Assembly: GCA_002633005.1 (NCBI GenBank)
Contig: NMRA01000277.1
Location: 478,144-542,143, forward strand
Reading direction: 5' to 3'
DNA: 64,000 bases
Origin: Phoronis australis
Taxonomy: Eukaryota; Animalia; Phoronida
Shown here in pieces: positions 50,487 through 62,702 of the stretch (its first letter is position 1; each line of letters begins with the position of its first letter). Below the pieces are notes generated by a model, which was given only the letters and a program-made list of their open reading frames with translations, was not told the DNA's origin and did not search any database. The position numbers and the translations under genes are program-made.

Positions 50487-53206
50487 GATTAGCAGACGAC
50501 GTACTTGCCGGAAATTGCACCAGAAAATTTAGCCACCAGGTATCGCCAGTGAATAATGACGTAAGGGCTTGCGTAAGCTCACAGATTTCGTCCGTTGGCG
50601 GTCCATGTACTATAGTCTAAGGCACAATTGAGTAATTTTGCAGTAGAAGTAGTAAGGCAGGTAGATTTTTGCTAAATAATCGCTTTGAATCGCAATTAAA
50701 TTTCTCAACAAGGCCGGAAACCAGAAGGAGGTCACACAGAACCACCAGTAATAAATAAGCCAATGATCCACATGTTTAGAGGTCACCTATTTGACCTCCT
50801 TGCGTGCGCACACATTCCACTTATTCCAAGCAAATGTTTTGCGCGCGTTCTCAAGCACACTTTTCATATGTCCTCACATATATTTTCCTATGCCATGCAA
50901 ATATTTTTGCCATGGAACGCAGAAATTTTTAAATATACTTGTTCGTACCATCGTCTAGTAGAAGCTCGGTAGACTAGTGTCATACTGTTTTCGGCATTTG
51001 GAGAATAGGAGTAAGAAAACACCCGAGTGTTGGCTTACGAAGCAAATTGCTTGCAGTGGCAACAAGGCACAAAAAGAGATAAACCAGCGTCTGGTTAAAA
51101 GCATATTCGACTATGGCCGCTAGGGTTATGAAAACAACCTCCTCTCTTTTTTCAGCTTCGTGATTTCTAGGTTAAAAAAAATAAAGACAGATTTACAGTG
51201 ATTAGTTCTAAATATTTCGGAAACGGCGGCTGGCAAAGCAGGTTGGCCAACATTTGGCAAGGCCTTTTCAACGCAATCGAATTCAGTCTTAAGAAAACAT
51301 AAACGTTATAGAACACGGCGACACGAAAATTTGACAGTTTGATAACAGAAAACCCATTGAGATATTCCTAGGCACGGACTATACAATTACCGTTGTAACA
51401 ATGCAAACTGCTAGGTTTTTATGCAGTCATCTCCCAAACACCTATTTCTAATGGATATAGCCTCAAGGATGGTTTTGACACAAACTAGTTTCCATTGTTG
51501 GCTTTCCCCCGTTAAACAAACATTTCAATCCAGGACTGAAGTTTTTTGCATCATAGAAGCCCCGAGCTCAAATAAATTATTAAGATTTCCGGACTTTAAC
51601 CCTACCATTACTTGAAGTTAATTGCACATTACAGCACACGCTGCCCTGGTAAATTATTTCAGCCACGAGGGCTAAGCCGATTTTTGGAGTCGGTGTTGTG
51701 CTGGTATGCCATTGAAAACCTTCTTTAGTCCAACAAAATTCTAGGATTGAGGTTACCTACAGGTCTATTACCAGTACACCCCATAGCTTATGACATGCAA
51801 TTTTGTTGTATATTACCAACGAGGCAAAGCTGAAATCCTCGACCTAAGTGGTACTACTTAGCGTTTGTCTGAGGAAGGCAGACAATCAAATTGAAACAAT
51901 GGGTTGACAGTTGACACCAGGGTGCGTTGGTGTTTTGATTGTGGAAGATCTTTCTGTAATTAAACTGATAGCTTCCAACACTTTATACATGGCAAGGCAG
52001 GTGCTTTGAAACTGTAAAAGCAGATTGATAAATTAAAGCCTACAATGAAAACACCAAATTATTTTTGTTGTTGCCTAGCTATATATAGTGAGACACAGAA
52101 CACGTACTTTACGTTATTGTATTGTACAAGAAAATTTGTCAATGAGATATGAACAAGATATCCTGCTGATGATATCTTGTATATACAAACATATAAACTA
52201 GATATCCTATTAAAAAATTTTCAATGTAGCACTACATGTATAAACATTCTTAACAATAACGAAAAAACATCGTTACTATCATAAAAACATGCAAATACTG
52301 CGTGTATAAATTAAATCCATTCAATAGCTCTAGAAATTTTTGTTTCTTACTTTGAAATAACATATTCAATATTGCGTAATCAGTATTTGAGATTACGATT
52401 AAAATGCAGAAATTCCTTATCGACTCTTCCTATACATGTACATTTTTACATTTTAAATTGAAACTTAAAGAAACAAAAACTATTCCATTTGTCTGGTGAT
52501 GTCAGCATTGGAACCAAGATTAACATCACAAAAAATGAAGACTAATTTTTTTACATTAATGCACACAAAAAACAAATGAGTAATAGTGTCGTGGGAACTC
52601 AGTCACACCTACATGTATGTCAAAAGAACACAGAATGGACTCAATTACACCATTTTTCTGAAATGACTTTTTGCTCAAATTCTATGTAGCGTTCCATACC
52701 GGAACCATTTTGTCTGAGCAACCTAAAGAAAAAATATTTACATTATTATTTCAAAACACGTGCTCCATTTTTCTCTCATAAGAGTCTGTAAAATTCATTT
52801 GTTATAAAAGAATTGATAAAATCAACAGAGCAATTAAAACACTTTGCAGCGGCAAAATATACCATAGATTGTACTATCAAATCAAGAAGAGGAATACCAA
52901 CGGAATGATATTAAAGCAGCTTCAGTCATGTCAAAAGCATTTCTTATCTTCCAACCAGTCGGCATAATCTAGAATTCTCTTTCACCCAATAGGAATGTCC
53001 GAATATATTACATTCAATTGAACTTCAAGGAGTCAGTTTTCATCTCCCTTAATATTGAATCTCACTGGTCCGTAGCGATGGGAAAAGTGAACATAATAAC
53101 ACAACGCCCCTAGTGTAACACTTGCATTGAGCATTCGCTGCAGCGCTAGAAAGAAGGTTTGCCGCAGACGGGAACTTTACGGTATTAAATTTTGACAGAT
53201 ACTGAA

Positions 53207-56200
53207 ATGTAAGTAAAATAGTGCTCGGTAAGATTTAATCTGTGGCTAAATGTTGAAAATTACTACTTTGAACGGTCAGGCTTTCACTCAAGTGCACGGA
53301 ATCAGGGTGAGCTTACATCACTTGAGGTATAGAATTAAGACATTCCAATTAAAATGAAACTTGATTGATACAGTACATAACTTGTTGCTGTAAACCACAT
53401 GGGGTACATGTACATGTTGTCTTTCCATTGTTTGTGAAAATCTCGACATTATTTGATAATTAAAATCAGCACATTACTACATGTACAGTAGGTGGGTATA
53501 TAAAACAGGTATTGTTGAGACGGATTTCCAACTTTCTGCAAATACATGCACTTCAAAAACTGTCAGATTCCCCGCAATACTCCCGCAAACGCGTTTCATG
53601 CATAGTTTCCCACGACTTATCTTCAATGCTTAATGCTCTTGTGAATGTGTAGCAAGGTTTCGGCAATGTATGCGGCTAAGCTGTAGCTAGCTGCAATGTC
53701 TTGCAAACGTTGCAGCTGGTTCCCCGCAAACAGAATTTTTAGCGGTAACCTAGCGGAATGGTTGCTGCAAGCTAGCTTGCGGTAAACGATTGGTCGTTCT
53801 GTATGGTAAGTGCGGTATGTTTGAGTTTTCGTCCCTCGGCGATTGGTAGAGACATGGATTGCAATGGAAAGCGTTATGGAGATAACAGCAACCATGAAAT
53901 AATCCTGTACAGTATTATTACATATCTGTGTTCTTGTGGAGACACCCAGACAAATGCTCATATTTTCTTTGCTTGTGAGGTATGCAGGGAGCAGAGGGTA
54001 CAGTTTTTCAGGCACTCGAGCAATAACCAAATGTTTATAGTTTTTTATAAATGGATGTAAAGAATTTGACCCAAATGAAGAAATGTTTTATTCGAAATTG
54101 TACCAAAACTTCTTTTTAACATTAAATGTCTTTGCGTCAGTCGATCAAATTGTATACATACACAAAACGAACCGAGAGTGGCGTACATAAAGCAATATCC
54201 CATGAAACCTTATTCCGCGTATCGACCGAGACCCATACGCATCGAATTCCTAAGTTTCTTTCATTTTTGGCAGATTTTTTTAATATTTCACTCAGACTGT
54301 ATACGTGGCGGATCATATCATATATGCACATGTGTGTACTTGCTCGTTAAGTTGCAAGTTCTCTCTAGTAAAAGAAACATTTTTGAATGTAACCATTTAT
54401 TACTGGAAAAGAGATAACACAGATGAAAGCAACGGTGAGTGTGCATTGAACTTGTAACATCTCCTGAAAATAGTTAAATGACAACAACATTTCATATTGC
54501 AGTTACCGAGAAATCGGCGCCTGAGTTGCAGACGACATAATATTTAGCAATTGAAAACTGAGACAGAACTGTCATATATTTAACAGTTCTGTTCCGGATG
54601 CTACGATTGAAACCTGATTGCATGTTAAGTGTTACTCACATTGTTGCAATTGCATTATTGATGATCGAAACGGCTGTCGACGTCGAGTCGACGTTGACAT
54701 ACCTTTTGAACTTTCCATGTCAGAGGTCGCTGTTGAAGTAGTACGGGAACTGAATACGGAAAACATTATTACATGGACGTATTTCCCTCGACTGATTCAA
54801 CGCGCATGGAATAAAATCCCTGATCTCACATTTACTGTACTAAACATTTCATAATGAACATTAACAAGAGATTAGAACAACTTCTAAAATAAATGATTGA
54901 TTGTCCACAATGTTTCAGTAATATCCCGTGTATTGTTAACAAAGCTATGTTCAGGTAACAGTACTGTAACCACTCCAGTTCCAGTAAATGAACTTCTTTT
55001 CAGTCACTTTTTGACCAGCAAGACAACATGTCTCAGTTTTTCATGGTCAGTGTTTTTAAAATCATCGATGTTTCGCATAGTTTTGCATAATTCAAAGCAT
55101 AGATTCTCCTCAAGCTGTGACTTTGATTTTATAATAACCAAATAAACATTCTTATTTTCTTCAATTTCATCAACATTTTGAAAGTAAAAGGCAGTAAGCT
55201 GCCAAAGGTCTATAATCACTTGTAATGTAATATCGTATGTCTGCTTCATGCTATAACAACATAAACTGATATGCTTTCACTGTTGGTTGCATAAACGGTT
55301 TAAGTTTTAGAATACAGTCAGACTCACATGTACTAGTCTCTTCAACTCCTGTGGCATATACTTTATTTTGTTAATTACACAGTGACCATGTTACAATGGG
55401 TAGTGACATGTTACAATGGGTAGTGACATGTTACAATGTGTAGTGACATGTTTTTGTCAAAATGATAAAACTCGACACTTCGACGTGTCCAAAACAGGAC
55501 AGTGTTATGTTCTACTTTTTGCACTGAACATTTTCACATAAGTTTGTTCTTATGAACCTTTGTACTTAATTTCCAGGGGACTTCTCAAGACCTTTACCCT
55601 TTTGGTGGTGCTTGCGTTACTCATGGATGGTGTCTATTCTGTGATTGGAAGAAGGAGACGCAGGACTTTTGAAAGCCAATTCGACAAGGTAATCAAAGCT
55701 GGTTCAACTGCACATCGATAGATGCATTTTACCTACACAGTATTTAGGTTAGACCAATCTCCGCATTATATTGGTGACTCTGTTTTCAGTTGATCTGTCA
55801 TTGTGCCAACGTCATACAGGGTGGGATGGTGATGTCTTTTTCCGTGTGAAAAACTCGCCTGCTCTCTAGCAACAGCAGTACAGATCTGGGACTGCAGTTA
55901 TATTTATAACTTAGAAAGTGTCAACTTACCGACTCCCTATAATCACTACTAGTAGTAATATTAAACAGACAGCCACAAGCCATTTACTGTACAAACGAAT
56001 TTTTACAAGTGCTTAAAGACTTTTGGTTAAGTGACAAAACGGGCACAAAAAACAGTGAATGGGTTGACATACTTTTGTAAACATTCAATAATAAATTGTG
56101 GTAAAGGTGCATTAACTTTCATTACGTGCTTTGGTGATTTATTTCAAGCTTTTCAGTTTCATTGATACACTTTTGAGAACTTAATGACATTTCCGTAATA

Positions 56201-59200
56201 GTGGATATAATAGTTTTACAGCTATACCATATGTTGAGAACTATTTCAGTTGCGCAATAATATGCAAGTGTAAGGGAACAAGCCTAAGATCTAAATCTGA
56301 AAGCTACATGTTGAACTCTGAACTTTCTAAACAGCTTTCTATCAATGATAACAATTTGGCTATAGAAAAAAAGTTCATTTCACCAATAAAATTATACGGA
56401 CTAAACAAAAAACGTTAAATTCCAACTACTACATGTAAATATGTTACATGCTTAAGAAAATTTACAACAAAAAACAATAATTTACAGGCGACGTCTAAAA
56501 GTTTTGTTGACGAAGAAAAAGAAGAATACTCCACTCTATATGAAACTTGAACAAATCAGATTAATCAAGCGTAAATTAAATTCCTCGATTATTCAGACGT
56601 AAAGTCATCTGTATAGGCCAGATTCTTCTACATATTCATCAAACTCTTGTGCAGTACCACACAATTTTAATTTTGTCCTAATTATTTATTTGTTTAAGAA
56701 TGTTTTGATCAGGGCTTGGAATGACCCATGACGAAAAGAGGACATTTTTACTGCCACAAATCCATGTTGTACTCCAAATGACCATACCTCAACAAGATCC
56801 CCTAACTGTGCTGCGATGACAACACGCGCTCATTTTCAGCGGTTCAGCGGGGGAGATTTGAAGTGCAGCATTTATCACCAAACTGCAGCCGACATCTATT
56901 TCAGCAACACTTTTGCACCCAAAATGTAGATCATAATGAGAACATGTATTATGCATAAGATGACTATCAAATCGCATCTTATACAACATACTGATAAAGA
57001 CGTCCTTTCAACTATGACTGACAAAGTTTTTCACCAAAAAGCTTAAGAACATAAATCGTGATTACTTCAAAGATGTACATTGTAATGTCTCCACAACCAA
57101 GTAGTGTACACTAAAGATCATTACATCACTACATCACTTACAGTAACATACAACTATGACTGACAAATTCTTTTAACTTCATAAAAGCTCCAAAAAGTAA
57201 TAACGAAATGCATCATAATTTTTTGCCATGCCAATGAATCAATACTTCCAAGATGTACTTGTAGACTATGATATACACAATCATGCAATGTACACTAGAT
57301 CACAATACAACTACGTTGTGACTGACAAATTCTTTTAATTGTAAAACCCCAAGACTTTATAACATAATATACCAAAACTTTTTGTCAGTGTAATGTCAAT
57401 GAATCGATACTTCCAAGATGTAGATCATAACGTACACAATCATGTAACACACACTAGATCACATTACAATGACTGACAGGTTGCACATGGACAGCTTGAA
57501 CATTTTGTCAATTTCCACAAACAGCTGTTCACTGATAATTACGACAAAAACCAAGTTGTTTACGGCAATTCTCTTCTTCCTCAACATTTTCATTGTTGGA
57601 GGATTCGTCAAAATTTCGAAAGACTGGAGTCTACCTTAGCTTTGTGAGAAGCTCCTCAAGCAGAATTTCTGCCACAAAATATTTTTAAAAGCTTATACGA
57701 GAGTCATCAAGTTGCAGTGGAAAGGGTCTTCACCAGATCCAGTAACTTTGGTGCAGCTGACAGTGACAGGAAATGGTCAGCAATGATGCAGGGACTTACG
57801 TAGGAATTGGAAAGTTTTTGCCTGTCATCGTTCAAAAATCACTCGGACCCTCTGTTGGTGTCAGGAATGACATGGTTTTTAAATTGGTCTTGTTATCTGA
57901 TACTTTAAGAAGTTGTCTCTTTATTGAATAACTGATCTTTTTGGAGTTAATTTGATGTTAGCGCAGCAAAATACCTCATTTCCAAAGTCGTAACGAGAAA
58001 ATCAAGATTTTTGTAATGGGACGCGGTCGAAACGGTGTTTCCGAAGGAAGATAATGTTTCGTTCGTATCTCTTACAGTGTTCAAAGTGAGGAAAACTCTA
58101 ACATTCGATTCATGAAGGTGGTTTAAGAAAACCAGGTTTAAGAGTTAAACGTGGTCTTCCTCAACCTGCTCTACTTTTTATACCTAGCTTGCAATACACC
58201 AAGGGGGTCAAGGGTTCCGGACCCCTTTTATTTCTCTTGATTTTAGTGATATCAACTCTATAGTTTTTAAATTTTTGACTTAGAAATCCTTGACCGATCC
58301 CCCTCTTAAATTGATGGATCCCCCCCTGCTTCCTCAGTTTGATCTTGTGTTGTTGTAAAACAGAATATTGAAAATACTCCATTTTTGCTCTAAAACTGCG
58401 TCGTAAATGTACACCTCGGAATTACTCAGTAGCATCTGTATCATGCAAGTCTGACAAATTTAACAGTACATCTTTAAACCTGTGTCTGATCAAGTCTAAT
58501 GTTAAATCGGGTTTAAGATCTTAGTGCAAAACTGGCGTAGTCGATGAAATGAAAACTGGCTTAGACCAGGTCTAAGCTGGAGTTATACGAGGCTTTACCA
58601 CTGGTCTAAAAGTTAAACTACTTTAAATGCAATCATTCTATATAGCCTTCCGAAAGAGTGCATCACAAGGCGGTGGGGGCCAATTTAGGCAACCTGTGAC
58701 AAACACTTTTTAGATGTCATCTCGCTGTTTCAGATTGACGAGGAACTGGCTAAGCGAGTATTGGGCTCAAGTGATTTTGACTTGAAAGAGCTGGACCTGA
58801 ATGGTAAATTACTAAATGATCCAAAACTCAATCCTACACATCAATTACTTGAATTGTATGCAACAGGCCTATAAACAAGAATTGTATATCCTACATGGAC
58901 ATACATGCATCTATCTGGTTTGAGTCACTAACATTTTAAAGTTGATCTGCAAGCCAAATTACGTGACCTAATTAACATAGTCTGAAAAGATTTGTGCCAC
59001 GACCGGGACTCGAGCCCGAGATCTTAGGATCTTGTTTGGATGACACTAATGGACAACGAGGTGCTCCCTTGTCATCGCATACTCAGATCCCGTATTCACC
59101 TCTATAGGTAATTATTGAAATGTAGTACAACAAGCACATTTCTTAGTCAAGACATATTATTGAAAAACTATATAACGCACCTCGATCAACTATTCAATTT

Positions 59201-61572
59201 TTTGTCGGCACATTCACAACTCGGTTGGCAGAAGAGCAAATAGCAAACGAACAAACGAATGTTAATTCAAACTAGTGATAACGGTTACTAGTGTTCGACT
59301 GCCTGTCAAGTGCTACCCTGCCGCCACTAAACATTGTGGTCGGATAGATGTCGAGGACACGGTAAAAGCGCTGTGGTGTGGTGGGAAGTGGCTATAGTTG
59401 GTATCGGGATTTCCATAGATGAGCCCACCCGATTTATCGCTCTTGGGCGTTTATTCGGAAAATTTTGTCGAATGAACGCTCATGGGCGATTATCTGGTGT
59501 TACAACTTCTGGTGTCAAATTTCCAAAGTAGTGGGGCGTATATTGGAAAAAATTACTCAGATTCAATTTTTGGTCACAAATTCAATTTTGGGGAACATTT
59601 ATCATGTATGAAAACAAACACCGTTTTGGTAAACTATGTATTTGTGATCATAAATTCAAAACTACAGTTTCAAGTAAAATTGTCAAAACAAACCTCTTAA
59701 TCTAAGGCTATGTCTAATCACTCCGTTTCAGCATTTGCGTAGCCAAAACTACGACTCCGTTTACATGACCTCTTAACCAATTGAATGCCCGGGTTTAACT
59801 GGTGTATGTAAAACGCCTGATAATTTGTTTTCATTTTCCGAATACACATCCTTCTACTGTAGTTCGAAATAAACGCGTAGCCCTGAAGCAAACCTTTATC
59901 TAACACATTTCTACATGTACGTGTTCTTTACACAGTTTCATCTTGTAATACGGATTTTAGAATACTTATAGAGTCGCTGGGTAGTTGTTGGCCTTCAAAT
60001 AATTATGTATGTTTAAAATGATAACCCAAAAACAAACAGACGGTTATGTATACTCTACAACATTTCTAGAAATGAAAAATTAAGTAACAACCAGGCAACA
60101 TGTAGTCACTCTAAGCCTATTGCATTATGGCCGACGTATTGAGGGCGGGGGGTTCTTATATTGCGGGCGGTAGTTAACATGGAATATATTTGAGGTACAA
60201 TTGAACATAATAGATGTGTTCATAGCAACTACCCCTGATTATAAAAGAAAGACACTTTAAAGAACATTTTCTCCAAAACTATGAACCGTAAAAGTACGGG
60301 AAGTTCATAATTAACAGGTGTTTGAGCGGAGGGGAAATGTGACATTTTTACGCAAGTTAAGGTTAGTGGGTATTTCAAATCTCCAAATAGTTCCTAATAA
60401 AGGCTACGCTTTTATCACAGACGTTCCTGTAGGTTTATGATTTTTACGATTACTTTGTGAAATTTACATGCAGGTAACGGTGTACTTGATACTTTTGAAA
60501 TGAGAATGGCGATGAAGAAAAGAGACGAAGATGAAATAAGAGAACTTGATGACGATGACGGTAAGTATGAGTGTAATGTTGAGTATCAGACTGGAACACG
60601 GTTCATAAATTGCAAATTGTTAATAATTAGCTAGACATATTCTTCTGCATCTTACAACGCTTGTAACCGGAAATGATCATGCGCGGACCCAGCGTAAAAC
60701 ATAAGGGTGCTCGAATTTCCGATATGCCTACCTTTTAACGAAGTAAATCAACGAGGACTAAGAAAAAAACACAAATTGTGCATCCACGTCGACTTCTTGT
60801 GGATTTTGTGTACTTTTCTCTCGTTTACTCGGACCTTTTGTTTCACTGAGGCGTATCTTTTTGCCCAATTCGCCAAAATGGGGGGCTCCTTAGGGCCACC
60901 TCCCCCCCCCAAGATGCGCCCATGGTGATTGAGGGAACATCTTTTCCGTTTAGAGGAAGCATTATCCCGGTGTTGAGACCAACAATGCGCATTTGAATTA
61001 GAACATATTGGTGAACTGTACGTCACGTGACTCTTTTATTTGAAAATAAGAACAATGATTACCCTTTTAACTTCCATTTAAAACAATAAGCGCCAGGCAC
61101 TGAACCTTTAGATCGGACGGGATAGCGGCGGTCCTCCAGAAAAGTGAATTGTTTCGTAAGGAACCGGGAATTCTGTTTTTCATTCTTTTGGCTGCAGAAT
61201 CGTGTCTTTAATGTAAAATCAGGCCCAGAACTCGTCTCATCAAAATGTAAAATGTAGTTCCATTTCAGGGATTATGGGACCTTTGAAATTGTCAGGTTCT
61301 TTCTTGGTCAAAATGTCTTAAAGAAAGCCACAGGCACGCTGTTGTGGGTATAATTTTATGAGCAATAACCCTGTTCGTGGAAATTATAGTTCTTCCGTGA
61401 CAAACAAATTTATTTTTGAAAAAAAATCACGCAAAGCATCAAAATGAACACCAGGGCATTTTTGGGGCACATAATGTGAGATTCATTGGTATACTACTAC
61501 TGTATTTCAGAGTTACATTGCATGATCTAAAATATAGTTTGTTTTGTAGATTTGGAAAAACTCTTCGACTAG
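53207..61572 (+). CDS. Small secreted precursor with penta-Arg, dibasic sites, one EF-hand loop and an acidic tail, about 97 aa
   Basis: Exons: 53199-53208 (ends AT), 55577-55688, 58734-58803, 60474-60560, 61550-61572, all AG/GT-bounded and phase-consistent. Product: MGLLKTFTLLVVLALLMDGVYSVIGRRRRRTFESQFDKIDEELAKRVLGSSDFDLKELDLNGNGVLDTFEMRMAMKKRDEDEIRELDDDDDLEKLFD. The canonical EF loop DLNGNGVLDTFE forms only across a splice junction. AATAAA near 61727. The first and last exons are less certain than the three middle ones. Confidence 0.72.
55382..55452. repeat. 20-bp tandem repeat (GTGACATGTTACAATGGGTA) x about 3.5
   Basis: Visible directly. Confidence 0.85.
57008..57480. repeat. Degenerate tandem repeat, unit about 140-170 bp
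   Basis: Recurring CAACTATGACTGACAAA, ATACTTCCAAGATGTA and TACACTAGATCACA blocks. Confidence 0.6.
60678..60924. mobile_element. CAT-ended GC-rich MITE with near-perfect 5-bp TSD (ATGAT/GTGAT)
   Basis: CATGCGCGGACCCAG ... AAGATGCGCCCATG with G/C-run subterminal tracts. Confidence 0.55.
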
Positions 61573-62547
61573 AAGAACTAGAACCCGCTTTTGAATAATT
61601 GAGACGTGGTGATAATTGACATGCAACGACGTACCAAGTGGAAATCATTCCAAGTTATGACCTCACTTGTTTATCATTTACGGTGGTAGTAATCTTTATA
61701 ACACTTTTGTCGCTAACCTTATCTGAAATAAAATTGCCGTTCTCTGCGCTACCTGGAGGCAGAATGTCATTTTGTCATTGAACAGGGCTCGAAGACAAAT
61801 GTCCGAAAAAGAACGCCTATGATGATTTTGATACTGTCTGCATGGTTAATTGATATGAACTCGAAGACAAACTTCCAAAAAAGAACGCCAATAATAATTT
61901 TGATTTTGCATTCATTGATAATTGACGTGAACTCTAGATAAAGATCCTTGATTCTTTGATGAAGTACATGCATTTGTGGTCCAGGATGACGAATCGGCGA
62001 CATCGTAACAGTACGATCTGCACTGGAACAGATGGAAAAGAGAGGGGAAAAACAAGTGTCAGTTGAGAGATCATTAAGTTCAAGAAAGCATACTTCACTT
62101 CAATTCAATCTTATCAACTAAATAATAACTTCATTCGATCTATCTCAATGATAGCAGGCAGATAAGAATTTAACTCTCTTTGAGTCCCATATTTAAGACA
62201 CAAACTCGAATTCACAACAAGATTTGTCTTGTTTGGAACGGATCTTGTAGATTATATTTCGAGGTCACCCTGAGCGACCTCGCACATAATGGATACATGT
62301 AGTATCCTGCGTCAACATTATGTAATAACATTATGTAATAAAATTCAGCAGCACAAAAAACCAAACATCAACCAATCACATCAGCTAGGGTATTTCATGG
62401 TAACACAAACCTTATTTAAGCGAAATAGCTTCTGTGCTCACGATTGCCGTGCTACCAGTATACATGTACAGTATGTAGTGAAGTAGAACAAAAGCAACAC
62501 GGAACGTTAAAATGCGCCCATGGATACACCTGAAACAGTGTGCTTCT

Positions 62548-62702
62548 CAGTGGCGGACTTAGAGGGGGGCCAAGAAAGCCATGGCCCCCCTAAAATTCTC
62601 CCATATTAAATTTGGTAACTCGTGGTGTAAGTGCCTGACGAGAAAATTCCTGGCTAATACTATGCCCCGCCACCCCAACTCAAAATCCTGGATCCGCCCC
62701 TG
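62548..62702. mobile_element. CAGTGGCGGA-family MITE (related fragments at about 29733-29852, 35940-36099, 58198-58330)
   Basis: CAGTGGCGGACTTAGAGGGGGG ... CAAAATCCTGGATCCGCCCCTG; no clean TSD seen. Confidence 0.6.

Noticed and set aside
54423-54434. ATGAAAGCAACG|gtgagt as the start exon of the secreted-peptide gene
   Set aside because: It ends in phase 0 while the next exon needs phase 2; the joined frame hits a stop within exon 55577-55688.
56488-56550. Extra exon ATSKSFVDEEKEEYSTLYET* after tttacag
   Set aside because: It is in phase but has no donor before its stop and would remove the EF-hand; it cannot be supported without transcripts.
58995-59030. tRNA-like T-arm on the minus strand (GCTCGAGTCCCGGTCGTGGCAC)
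   Set aside because: Only a 3' fragment is recognisable, probably a SINE remnant.
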